The notes beneath the pieces are model-generated. The model did not search any database. It saw only the letters and a list, made by a program, of their open reading frames with translations, and was not told the DNA's origin. A stretch of DNA of 64,000 nucleotides, filler included, from Sphacelaria rigidula (taxonomy: Eukaryota), in the NCBI GenBank assembly GCA_964200075.2. It is 3 parts of 3 records of this genome, joined end to end, with 100 filler letters (N's around TTAATTAATTAA, not from the genome) between each part and the next. Parts side by side here need not be neighbours in the genome. Positions count along the whole stretch, not along the records: positions 1 to 21,710 come from CAXNAA020000393.1; 2 more parts are not named here. One strand, given 5' to 3'. The position numbers were made by a program, and so were the translations under genes. Shown piece by piece: positions 1 through 13,286 of the stretch; position 1 is the stretch's first letter, and each line of letters begins with the position of its first letter.

Positions 1-62
1 TAATATTTTATCGCGAGAGGGGTTCAGCAGTCCCTTTCCCTCGTCGACCGTTAAGTCGAATT
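1..62 (-). mobile_element. Fragment of the same SINE family
   Basis: TCGCGAGAGGGGTTCAGCAGTCCCTT(T)CCCTCGTCG matches 54859-54895. Confidence 0.6.
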
Positions 63-157
63 TAATTTTATTTCGTAGTAGAAGTAGTTATACTTCCTCC
101 GACACATAAGTAAAGTCGGTTATGTTTATACGGGCCTTTGATCGTGTCTGATGACGT

Positions 158-587
158 TAGCGATGATATTTTCGAAATCTTCGTCATTTTTTCAGTCAAC
201 TACTGTTCTTCTTTTTTTTTGGCGCAGCCTGCAGCATGGACCGGCGGCTGAAACAAAAGCAGTTGGCCCAGAAATGGACGTTTTTCCCCCGTTTCCCGGG
301 ACAAGGGGAGGAAAATGTAACTCGGAAAAATGGCAAAAGACGCAAGAATATGCAAAAAAATGGCTGTTGTTTGCGCCCCATCATTGATAGAAGATACCTG
401 AGCCTCGTCTGAAAGCGCGTGATCATGTTGTGGACTGCTTTCACCACAAACACAGGCAACAATCGTCCAAATTCGGCCGGAAACGGTACAAATTGGACGA
501 AATCGGCCTAAATTTGACCACATTCATCCCACGATTTCTCTACAACACCAACTCGGATTTTTTTGTTTCTTTCCGTCAGCATCTCCG
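158..587. repeat. Diverged dispersed repeat shared with 49339-49758
   Basis: Co-linear similarity (GATGAT(A/T)TTTT.GAA(A)TCT ... GCATGGAC ... CAGTTGGCC ... GGAAAAATGGC ... TCGGA.TT); the ends resemble a short GCGATGA/TCATCGC TIR. Confidence 0.45.
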
Positions 588-846
588 TCACTGTATCTTC
601 CCAAAGAATCTAACTACAGCATCTTACACGCTTCCGTTCAAAATATATTATATGTGCCCCATGACTATTAATAATACTACCATGACCACCACCACCACCA
701 CCACCACCACCACCCTGCTGCACAAAAATGTAAGCTAATTCTGCCCAAGTACTGCATTCTCGCCAGATGACGGAACACCAGACTACGCCAAGATATAGCG
801 AAGAGAGTACCACAACCAATGACAGTGAGCGTGAAGTCGTCCTCAC

Positions 847-1115
847 CATGTAGTCTAGCTCATCCACGATTAGTACGACGAACTGTCTGTCGGGATCGTT
901 GTCAGAAAAGTACTGATCCAGCTTGGCCAGAGCTCGCTTGGGGGACAGCATCGAACCGGATAGAGACATCCAAAGTTGCGTATACGCCTGCCCCGTCCCA
1001 CCCAAAAAAACGCGCACGGAAGGGCAAACAACGGCGGGAGACGCGGAAATGGGGGTGCACCGAACACAGATCGTATGGGACGATACTTTCACCGGTAAAC
1101 CCTCGTCCGATCGGC

Positions 1116-1159
<44 letters not shown>

Positions 1160-4100
1160 CGAACGAGAAATGGCGACACAAAAGTACGAGGAATCCCACA
1201 GTACTTTAAACGCAATGATATTTACAACAACCCGTATGCGCTTCGGCGTGCGTGTCGCAGGAGAGAAAGACGGCAGCATGGGGGAATGGCTGTATGCTTT
1301 AAACGGCAACCTTGTCCCCCGTGAGTTTGTGCTTCTTGTTTTCAACAGAAAAATCAAAACGCGGTAGTCGTGGAAAATGGGACAATGATTCAACAAAACG
1401 TGAATGTCTCGCTGACTTTGAATGCAGCAGGATTTGACACAACAACAAAGTAGGAACCGCGAGGAAACGCAATACTTTTCACGCGCGAAGGCAAGGCGAC
1501 TCCTAGCATGGTCACCTTCGAACCCGGTAAACGAGACCTGTGATTCCACCGGCTCTCATGCGCAAATTGCTGTAAATGGGGATACGTTTGCGCGAACTGG
1601 TCGACATTTTTTTATGCTCGAGGATACTTTGCTCTTGTCAATAACCACACCGCCGACCCTAACTCTAATTTTACCCACGTTAAATTGAGAAGCCTCGGGC
1701 AAGGGGGGTGGGTGCGTGTGATGCCCTTCCGAGGCAAAGTCTGCGTTTGCAGAAAGGCAAGTTGTGCAGACACCTGGGCCTTTCAGTCCCTAATATATCC
1801 GAATGTGGCAGTCTACACCAGAACCAAGTACTTGCTGAACCATGGACGTCGGCGGCCAGTTCGCGTAAGCTCCACTGTGTACATGAATGAGTAAAATGCC
1901 CCGAAGCGCAGCGTTTTTTTCCCGAACCGCAACACAATCGAGGTAAATCGAAAACCAAAGAACTCGTTGACCTCGTTTTTCCCCCCCTGACGTGAAATGG
2001 TCCTTCTGGAATCGGCGAGTGTTTCACCGACGATAAGCTTCGGACGCGGCGATCCTATTAGTCGAATCCAACCCTGGCCCATATGGGCATACATACGAGC
2101 CGCTCCTACGATGAAACATGACAGGCACCCATACGGGAAGGGTCTCAAATGCTCATTTTCGATCCGTACACAACGCTCGCATGACAAAATTTGGGTCTGT
2201 TCGGGAGCATGGAGACGTGGAGAAAATGTACGCGACATCGGCAGTGTATAAAAAAGCCTTGCGTTTTTTTTTTTTCGGTCTCCAGCTTCCAAATAAGCAC
2301 AGCGAATCAGAACATATGCCGTCATCATCACGAGAGCAAAACGTTGGATGCCTCTCTACTCTCTCGCCCGTTGCTCTCCTTGTGTCGCTATACTGTAGGT
2401 GCCGATGGATGACTGTACCTTTTTCTGACAACAACTCATCACCCTTCGAAAAAAAAATTACCTGTCCCTTGTTCATGTTCTACTTTTTTGCCTGTGCCAG
2501 ACTCGAGTCTTTGCGTGATTCTACATTCAACTTGCCCTAATTTATGACTTACAAGTTTCGGTTTCCGTTCGCTCAAAGTGCAGTCTTCCTGCTGCAAGAT
2601 TTGACATTTTCTGTCGTCGCATTCAACTTTCCTTTTTTGATTCCAGATTTGAACTCTCCATTTTTTTTTCTTCTTCCCCTTCCGACTTCTTCAACGAATC
2701 AAGCACATTTTGAGAGCACGTGCATGAACCCAATGCCCACCACGTTTGAGCAAAAGCAGATTGAAATAACATGGGCATCAACGACAAAAGCAGCGAAACC
2801 GGTATTGCTCCCAACACCTGATGTTCACAGTGGATGAAGCGATACAGATACCTCATGTCAGTTATCACAGCGGAGTTATCATACTTTTCACCTGATGGGG
2901 GTTGACTAGTCTCATGCCGTTGAGCTCAACTAGCTTAAAATCCGGCAATTGCTTTCTGTTCTGCTGCTCCCTCAGCAACCGCACGACCTGAACATCAAGT
3001 CGTTCGTATCGCACAAGTCAGTGAGAGAACGGCGGGGGTAGACGGGCATGTGCGACAATACTACCCCTACCTGAGGACTACAACCTATGATCCTGACCGC
3101 CGTGCAGTGGTACATCTCGCCAACTCAAAAACCCGTGATGTGACCACATGTCCACGCCCGTCCTCCACGAGCGCCAGGCTACGGTTAGTGCAGAAGAGGA
3201 GGATGGGAAAGTTATTCTTACGCTCATTCACGCTTGTTGGTGAAGCACAAGAGGGCGATTAGCCGTCGGCGATCACCCCGTCGAAAACAACCATCCGCCC
3301 GGTCAAGGTCACGTGGTCAGTAGTCCTGTAGTCATCCCATACTAAGTACGCCAAAAACGTGAAATACGACGCATCCATCCCCTTCGTTCGGACCCCCCCC
3401 CCCGCCAGCGCCTGAGTGCTTCCGATATGCTGTGCGGTTCGCACTTGATTTTTGCTTGCTAGAGTCATATCCAGAGAAAATACTGTTTGGTGAGACCACG
3501 GTTCGCAAACCAACGGCGATTTTTTGTCCAAGCATACAGGGTGGGAAGACATGAAAACCATTGACCGTTTCAGGCATTATCCATTGCAGTGCATATGCGC
3601 CAACCGACCATGGGGGTTTCTTGTCTTTTTTCGATCCTTCTCAAGAGCAGACTGAAAGTACCCTTCGTTTTCTATTTTCCTCGCCTTTCCTATTTATATA
3701 TTATCATTATTCGCACCGGTGGCTCAGTTAGTAACCTCGGAACCTTCTGACGGTTGGGTCGTGGGTTCAAATCTCGGAGCGATCTGGGATTTTTTCTCAC
3801 ACCACGCCCAACAATGGAGAGCGACTATGTCGTGGTTACACAAAATTCGACTCAACGGTTGACGAGAGAAAGGGACTGTTGTACCCATCTCGCGATAAAA
3901 AATAAAAGGCAAGCACCGCAGAAGGAAGGTGAAGTACTGAAAATAAACAAAAAAGGAAAATCTCCTGTGTGTTGACCTTTCTGGGTGATCCCGGCTGATG
4001 CGTCCACATAAACCGAATGGTGTAGACTGCCGGCCAGACTAGATGGGACGACAACACACACATTGTTATACCTCCATGGCAATCGCCGTCTTTCCTGTAC

Positions 4101-7100
4101 CCGGCATTCCAGCAACGAACAGCGCATCTCCCAGGCCGCCTGTGGCAGCAGCAAAGGCGAAACCAAGGTGGAACAAACACACATGCACACAAAGCGGGGG
4201 AGGAGCGACGATAAACTACCCAACGTTTCCAACCGTGCACGGGTACAAAAGAAAAACACCACAGATATGGGTGATCGAAAATAAAATAGGATCAAACCAT
4301 AAGAAAGTGGCGACAAAAAGGGAGAGGACGTCAAGGACACACAGGTACAGCCAAATGGTTGATCCCTTTTGGGTTGAACGATAGTACCACGACACCTGCA
4401 GCAGTCAATATCACAGGGTCGTCGTACGCGCGCACGCCTACGGTCCATTTCATGTATGACACGGCACGTTACGTATTTGCGGTTTGAGCCCAGTAGTACA
4501 CGACACAAGCGAGCCACTGAGGACACGCCCTGTACATTTCCGCGAACAGAAGACGGAGGCGAAGCCGCTAAACGTTGAGGTTGAGGTTGAGGTTGAGGTT
4601 GAGGTTGTTGTTGTTTTCCACGTGATAGCAAGGCGTGGTGTGGTGTGGTCGACAGACTTATGTCAGTGCGAACGAGCTTGCTTTGGACAGAACCGGTCCG
4701 GGCCACGAGAGCATACCTACTGCGCTGTGTGACCACTGGCAACGCCCTGGGCGACACAAAAGGATAAGGACAGCTCCGTCGGCTAGATAGGTTTGCCCTT
4801 CTACTCCGCCTGTTTGTCTGTCTGTCTGTGGGCCTCTGCATGTTTGTCGCTTTTTCGTCCAGTTACTTCTTCCTAACCTGCTTTGACGTTGCTCGTGAGA
4901 AAGCCGAGCAGTTGATCCCTCTCTTTGCCGCGGCAAGGCAACGACTTGGGTACGGCTTTGACATGCAACCGCTCTAGCGCCACGCTGAACTTGTCCTTCT
5001 CCTTCTCTTGCTTCTTGTGGCTCCGGCCGCCGCTCCCGCCGGGATCACCCCCACTCGACGTTCTCCTCCTGAAAACATTTTACACGTTCGACACACAAAA
5101 TTAGTAATCAATTTACGAGAAGACGAAAACGAAAAAAAACGAAAAGAAAACGAAGAAAAAATCAAAACGAGCAGTGCCGTCATACAGGCCACCACGCATC
5201 TGGTGCGTGCAGAACGACAGATGGATGTCTACCATGCATGAACTTATGCGTGTTTCGGAGTCCTTGGTCGATGGTTTGTATATCAGAGCGCCGACTAAGC
5301 CGTATCAGCTGTAGTGGAAAATGAGTTTCAATACAAAAAAAAGTCACCCTGAGAAATAATTGCGCCTGACTCGTGTGGTTTTCAAGCTAACTTCTGGCTC
5401 ATCATTTCATCGGCCGGCTCTTCACATATTTGAAAGTTCGTTAGTTACTTGTGCTCATGCCTGTGGCCTTCGAGAAGACTTCAGTGTGCAGAAACTATGC
5501 ATACATATACATATATATATATATAAACATGGCTCTCCTTCGGGAGGTTGGTACGGGCCTCCCGGGGGTGACGCAAGTCGAAAATATATGGTTTAGAGAG
5601 GCTGTTCTATCTCAATGTACAGTAGTGATCGTGGCTGTACAAAACATCGCATTCGCTATCGGATGGTGGCTCCGGATAAGGTTCACCAACTTGAGTAAAT
5701 CGGATGTGAAGGTTGTACAATTGTTGGGCGGCAATAATTTCGACACGTGTGGCATATGCGTATGGATGCGACATGAGCTGAAGGTGATGTTGAACGCTGT
5801 TGTACGTTTGGTCGGGACAACCAGCAGTCTGTATCTGTTCGAAATTAGTTCCAGCCGAGATTGAAGCGCGCAGTGTCATTCCCCCAGACGGAGGCCGACG
5901 GCGGAACCGCCGGCGTAGGACATGTGTGGTATTCCCGAGGTGCCAGAGTGCGAAGTAACTCTCGTGCCACAAACGCATGACAGCGGGAGGCACTGCCCGA
6001 AAAATTGGAATGCGTGAAGCATTCTTGGCATGTCCTTTGTCACTTGGAAATCTCGTGGGTATGTTTTTTCAGTGCTTCGCTTTTTCGCTGCACATTAGAG
6101 TTTGCATCTCTGTGGACAAAATAGTGGCTTTGGCTGGCTGTTGGAATGCGTGGAACAATCATGGCATATTCTTTCACTCTTGGGAACCTCGCGGATATGT
6201 TCATTCACTGCTTCGCTTTTTCTCTGCACATGAGGGTTGCGTTTTTTTTTTGTAAATACGACCGAAATGTTTACCGGGCCTTTTTCATCGGGTCATTCTT
6301 TTAATGGGCATGTTCTTGCAGTGCTGTCGTCTTTCGCTGCACATGAAAGTTTGCATTTCTGTGGACATGAGAGTGGCGGTTCTTGTCTGAAACGATTACA
6401 CATCACTGTGGCTTCCACATCACCGGGCCTATTTTTAAAACGGGGTGATTGTTTCTTGCGGCAAAACATTCCTGTGCTGCCGTGCTTCTGTGCCTTGTTC
6501 AACTCGCCAACGGCCTATTGCACGGTCTCGTGTTTGCTGCCGACTAAGGCCAAGGCAATGTTCAATTGTTTTCATCTTCTTTGCTCTCATGTTCTCGTTA
6601 ACACTGGCGGCACAACCGGTGTGTTCGTGCTCCCAAATGAACGAGAACGCGACAAAGAGGAACGCGGGGGAAAAATACCCCACCGAAAGTAATCCTGTTT
6701 CAAGTATTCCACTATCTTCAACGGGCTTTTGTGGTTCGGAATCGACACCACACGAATAAGGGCCAGTTTGAGCGGCTTCCGGTGGCCAGAACACGCGCCA
6801 CAAGTATCAGATGACACCCAAAACTGAACGGTAATGTACCGATCAGTCTCCTTAGTGCGCTGCAAAAAAAAAGGGCGGGAAAAAATGCCTTGCCGCCGGA
6901 GAAAACTCGGCGAAAGTGGTGAAAAATGTGAAATGGTACATGTACACATACGGCAGGTGTGCCTACTTTGACGATTGAGTGTCATAGTGTCACCCGACTA
7001 AAGGCGCGCTAAGACACAGCACTGGTTATAACCAGCACATCACCACCTGCCACCATCATGATCGTCGATAAAATCTTCACCCGCACCTCTTGTGCGACCG

Positions 7101-10100
7101 CCGCTCCGTTTCTGTGTCTTGACCAGCACTACCACCGCCGCCGTCCTGTGCATCGCGATCATTACCGTCATCATCACCATCATCGTCGTCGTCGTCATCT
7201 TCGTCACCATCATCGCCACCATCATCGTCGTCGTCGTCGTCGTCGTCGTCGCTCGAACTGTCATGCTCCAACCCTGTGCAGTCAGTCATGGGGGCGATCG
7301 CGCGCGGGGTATAGGGGAAGGAGGGAGGAGAACATTCGTTGGCGTTGTTCCTGTAACACACAAATCGTTTTGGTTGAGCTCGCTGACAACATTTCACCAT
7401 GAAACACTTTCAACATGTTCTTTCGCAGGTGGAATAGAGGTACATCAAGCTGGGATGGTATCTTACGAAGCATATCAGCCACATGCCGTGGTACAGGCAA
7501 CAATATAGGCCACTCGTAGCCGTATAGCTTCGCGAGCAGGCAGTCAACGCGTGCCTTGGCAGTGACTCTGGTGTTTCTCATACCCGCAAAACAGCTGTAT
7601 GATTCAAACATTATATGCCACGCCAGACGATGTCGTGCGCTGGTGTAAACATAAACGTGCGGGATATATACCGGAATTCGACGGAGGTCCATCTCGAGCG
7701 TCACGTCTCGTCACGGCACAGGGTTGGGGAGACGAAGAAGTTATCCGGACAACAGCGAAGATGAAATGTGTTGAAACGGGGAAGAGAACAGCATCGTATG
7801 GTTATGTTCCCTCCCTCCCCCGAAGAAACAAGGGAAGTGTTTTCAACACACTCCGTCCGTCGGCCTGCCCTGTCTTCCGCTATCGCTCTCTATACCTCCC
7901 CATACTTCCCTCCCCTCGTCTCTCGTTTTATCTTTGGGACCTTTGGGACATTTAGTCACATTTCGAGCACATTCATCCCCTGCTTCCCGCCGCTGCTTCC
8001 AGTGTTGTACGTACGATATTATGTAACACGTGTGCGTATCTTTTCCTCCCTTTTCTGAATTTCTTACCTTGTCCACCAAATCTGTCGCTCAAACGCCTCC
8101 CTCTCCTGAGGCGATGGGCGGTTGCCTGCTCCCCAGCTGGCATAAAACTGCCCCCCGTCCATCAACATCAACGAACAGAACCAAACCGAACCAGCCCGTT
8201 CGTTCCGGTGTATGGCGGAGAGGAGAGTGCGCGCGCGTTGCGGCCGGCGTCAGGATTTTGCGCGTGCGCTCGGGTGTAGTAGTCCCGTTGCAATAGCGCA
8301 TGCAGCACAGTGGCCGTGATGACTGTACTGCAGTACGCGACACAATAATGATGTAACAGGAGTGGGGCGCAGAGCAAGCAGTGTACTTCCCACTAGAGCC
8401 CTCACGTATTTCAGTAGACCGAGTTTGGATTGCCTACACTGCATCCTCGTCAAGACACTGCTTCACTTCACCGCAGGAAACGAGCATCGCTTCTTGCCCA
8501 GGTTGCCCCCGCGCTTTGTGCACGCATTATAATCCAGCGCGCACGCGCGTGTGTGTGTGTTTTGGGGTGAACTCTTCAACTGTTGGTCCCCTCGAGCGCC
8601 GTGGCGTACTGAAGAGTTTACCGTTCGTCATGACCACATTCACCACCTCTGAGAAACATCTCATACGGCGATATTGTCCTCCAAACCGGCGAACACGTCA
8701 GCCTAACAACACATTCAATAACGTTTTCGTGAGATTGGGAGTAGAGCGCAGATTGAGAGTGGCTTTGATCATTCGCTCTAACTTCGCCATTTTTTCATTC
8801 CGAGTGTGCTTTTCTTTGCCTCTATCACTAGCCTGTGCTTACAGCTACACGTCGATATGCTACTCGGGGATATCAAGGGCCTCAGTGGCAAGCTACTACA
8901 GGAAGCATGTCGGGCCTCGTGGAGGGGTATTTCGGAACTGAAACGACTCATTCACTAATTGACCGCTTTTCACTCTCAAGTCGTATCCTCTACTCTCAAC
9001 CTCACGAAAACATTGTTATTCGATTCCATCGAAACTTTCGTTGTGATGAGTGCAACTCTTGAGCACTACAATACTCGAACAGTACCAAAATTCAGATCAT
9101 CATACTCGCAGTACCGTAAACGAATGAGCCCTGACCTACTTCTGTAGTGTATGATAGTGCATGTGTCAAGCCAGCGAACAAACAATGGACGCAGTTAGCG
9201 TCTGGCGTCTGAAAACCAACACCAACGGACGGCCAGTGAGGATTCAAGTGTAAGTCTTCTGCAGCTGGTCTTCCGTACTGGGGATGGTTCAATTTCTTGC
9301 CTGTGATAAAACCTGTCAAGGTAGGTGGTGCAGAAAAAATCGCGGTTTTCGTCCAGGGTTCCGCGACGTATCCTTTCTTCGTAATCCGCTCGATCTAGCA
9401 CCACCACCCTGTGCAGGATTGCTTCCTGGGTTTTCATCACGTATTTTCCGAATTCATAAAAAGCGCGCGCGCGCGGGGGGGGTGTTCTCATGATCATGCA
9501 TGCCATAGTCATAGGACCATTGACCTCGCATCCCTGCGAAGCCGGGACAGAGCACGCCGGGTTTTCGCCGAACCAGACTCGCACTCAATCACCAAGCGCG
9601 AAGCGCGAAGCGCGAAGCGCCGTGGTGTGTTCGGCGAGTCGCATGAAGGGTGAGCTGCATCCTCCTGAGACTGTTCGGCCCGGCGTACTGATTATGTTGC
9701 ATTTGGATGACGGCCTCCAATAAGTTGCTTCATTTTTTGGTATCGCCAATTTCAGAGACAGCCACGGCTTACACACTGCCTCATGGGTGTCCCACCATGT
9801 AAACACCACGTAGTACGATCATCTTAACGCGGAGTTGAGGTTTTCCCACCCCGCACAATATGATCTAGCTCGACCACCATCGTGGTTGCCGCAAAGAAAA
9901 ACGCGAGCGCGTACAACAAATCGGTAACTTGGTTGTCTTCCTTCCGTAGTGAGTGGCGTGTTATACATCGTCATCGCCAACCGACGCCAACCGCATGGAG
10001 GGTCCGCCCCTACAAAGCCGGGACGGAGCACGATGGGCTTTCGCCGGACCAGGCTCGGTAGGGGGGGGGGTGTACTCATGATCATGCATGCCATAGTCAT

Positions 10101-13100
10101 CAGACCATTGACCTCGGACCAGGCTCGGGGAGGGAAGGGTGAGCTCGGGGGGGGGCGGCGGGAGATGCTGATATCCCCCAATTCCTTGCTGCTGAAATTT
10201 TTTTAGCAAGTGAGTGAGATTTTCCGGGTGTATCAGACAAGTATTTGATGCTTCGGTTTTTAGCACGATGAGCAAATCAACTGCCTACATTCACGATCTA
10301 CCGGATGATTTCTCTACAGCAAGTATGAAACTTACCATCTCACGGCGCATAGACTGGCGAAGAGTAATGTGTCGGTGATGTAAGTGCTCATGATGCCAAC
10401 ATGTTTTCGTGCGTGAGTGTAAAATGTTTCTTGATATCCTGCAAAATTTTCACATCTTGGACGATACATGGTCAAAAGTTACAATAGACAAGAAACGTAC
10501 TGCATGGAGTATAGGCCTATTGCGACTATTGTCGGCCGGCAAAAGTTGCAATAGGCCTATACTTCATGCAGTACACTTCTCAGCTATTGCACCTTTTGAC
10601 CATATATTGCCCAAGGTGTGAAAAGTTTTGGTGCAATAATGTACAGCACAGTATATTACAATATTTCCTTCATATTTTTGGAACTTCAAAATGATTTTAA
10701 CAGTAACCTTCGCCGAGGAGATTCGGCCCTAACTCCAGAAACTTGGGGCTCGATGCATACCGCCAATTACACATACAGCCTGAGAACGGGGGGGGGGGGG
10801 GTCGCTTCGTGGAGGCGTTGAGAGTCGAACCCCCGGGCGGGGTTCTCGCCCATGAGTCGCCCNNNNNNNNNNGTAAACACGGCGCGGAGGGCACTGAACA
10901 AGACCATCACTATGAGTATTGCGCGCAAGAACAAATCAACCATGCTGGGGGGGGGGGGGGGGGGGGGGGGGGGCGTATTGCTGGACCGTTGAAGAACGAC
11001 AGCTCCGCCGAAGGTGATCTACTGTAGGTCGATCATAAGCACAAACGCGCTGGTCGGTTGGCATCATGCGTTCGTGGTTCATAGCCCTGAGTGAGCGTGT
11101 CTTTGCCTTGAATCGAAATTACGAGTTTTCTCGTAGAAAATAAACCTAGCCATCGGCGGTCAAGCATGGGGTCTGACGTTGGCCTATACGAACGCTATGG
11201 CAGATGATGAAAGCAAAGTGGACACATTCAGGAGCGGCCAATCACTAGCGCTGACCAATCAAAACGCTGGTCCCTGCTGATAAGTGGTCTGCAGCCTGTC
11301 ACCTTGCGATGTCCAGCAAAGCGTCACGACGGCAAGTGTGCAACACCGTAGCAAAAAGTACACACTGAAACGTCAAGACAAGAACGAACATACACGCAGC
11401 ACGACTAGTAAACGCACATACGCCGTCGTGAGAATTAACCTAGGAAGGAGTGAACTGCCGTGTAAACGTCCGTCACACGTTATAGCTAGCACCAACACAC
11501 GAGTGTCGCGGCGAGCCATACGGACCGTGTTTTGACACCGCGCGTCACTGAGGACCGTCTGTCAAGCACATCTATGCCGGCCTTGCGTGTGCGACTTGGG
11601 GGTCCAACTACACGAGATCTTGGACACTCACCGCATCATTGTCACTGATATCGTTGGTCTCGAACAACTCTGCGTCCTCCATCGTGTGAGGCCATCTAGG
11701 TGATCGGGGTGCAACGTACAGTGCATGCAAACAGCCACGGAGGATGACTTCATAATATAGCATGATCCTCGGACACTTGGCATGCTAACGGGAGACGCTA
11801 GGGTAGAGCATTATTTTTGTTACACGTCATACCGTGCCGCGAATTTGGCTCAGCGCTCACCAGGCCCAGCTAGACCACTCAAGCAAAAGCAACGTTTGAA
11901 AATCTGGGTGGCACTCGGTTTGAGAAGCAACGTACCAGCACATGTTACCCACCTAACCTGCGTACCTCATCAGCTGGTCATGCATGCAACAACTCCCGAC
12001 AACCAAAAACAACGCCGATCTTGAGTCACCACAACCTCGGAAACACGCCGTATTGAGCACAGCCTGTACCGCATAACGGTGTCATTCCATTGTACTCACT
12101 CGAGGGGGTGTTGCGCACTCATGGCATCAAAATTATCAAGCAAAGAGGCGAACAAGCCAAACAAAAAACACACACAAGTTGGCGTTTGTCTACATACTGC
12201 ACAAGACGCAATTTATGTCCTCCAGCTGTTGTTGACGGTCGACTACTCCAAGCTTCACAAACCGTCTTGCCGTGCATGTAGTTAGTCGCATCCGTCTCAC
12301 GATTTTTTGGGGAGCGCGTCCTGCACTTCTTCTTTGCTGTACAGCCAACGGTTCTGCAGCCACGCTGTGCCGTGCACGTCCTTGAAGATGTACAGTATTT
12401 CCGAGATGCACCTGCAACTCCAAACAACGCATTGCCAGTGAGGAATAAAGGTGTCAGAATCATCTAGGCACCCAAGTCACTCTGAGAGTACGGTGCAGCC
12501 CTGCATTTTTTCCACCCCTCTTATTTACGCCTACGCTACCCCAATCCATCATCTGAAGAATGTTTCAAATATTGATCAACACGTCGACCAGCTCGGGTGA
12601 GAACTACCTTCTCTGCCTCCCGGTCCATCTCTTCTCCTCAACACGAGCCTGGTCCAGCGAAACCTGGCGGGCTACGTTCCAGCTTCGTAAGGATGAGAGA
12701 TCGATGGTCTCAAGGCTACGGCATGGAAGATCATGAGTATATTCCCCCCCGCGCGTGTTGGCGTCGGTTGGCAACGACACTGTAAACCACGCCACTCACT
12801 GCATAAGCTAGGCCACCTGGTTGCCGTTTTTTTTTGCGCTTGTGTTTCTTTCGCGGTAACCATAATGGCGGTCGAGCTAGATGTTATGTGCGGGGTGGGA
12901 AAATCTCAACTGCGCGCAAAGGGGATGATTATACTGCGTGGTGTTTGAATGGTGAGACACCTATGAGGCCGTGTGTAACGCGTGGCCGTCTCTGGAAGTG
13001 ACGATACCAGAACATGAAGCAAGCCATCGGAGGCCATCATCCAAATGTCAGAGTATTAGTACACTTCGGGCCGAACAATTTTAGCAGGATCCAGGTCACC

Positions 13101-13247
13101 CTTCATGCGACTCGCCGAACACATCACGGCGCTTTGCGCTTGGTAATTGATTGCGAGGCTGGTGCGGCGAAACCTCGGCTTGCTTCGTCCAGGCTTTGTA
13201 GGGATGCGAGGTCAATGGCCATATGACCACGGCATGCAAGATCATGA

Positions 13248-13286
<39 letters not shown>

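Noticed and set aside
3716..3790. Possible tRNA gene (A and B boxes present)
   Set aside because: No convincing cloverleaf or acceptor stem, and it continues into a body shared with other dispersed copies, so it is a SINE head.
847..5068. CDC6 as the identity of the AAA+ exons
   Set aside because: They splice in phase to upstream BAH-domain exons, which indicates ORC1.
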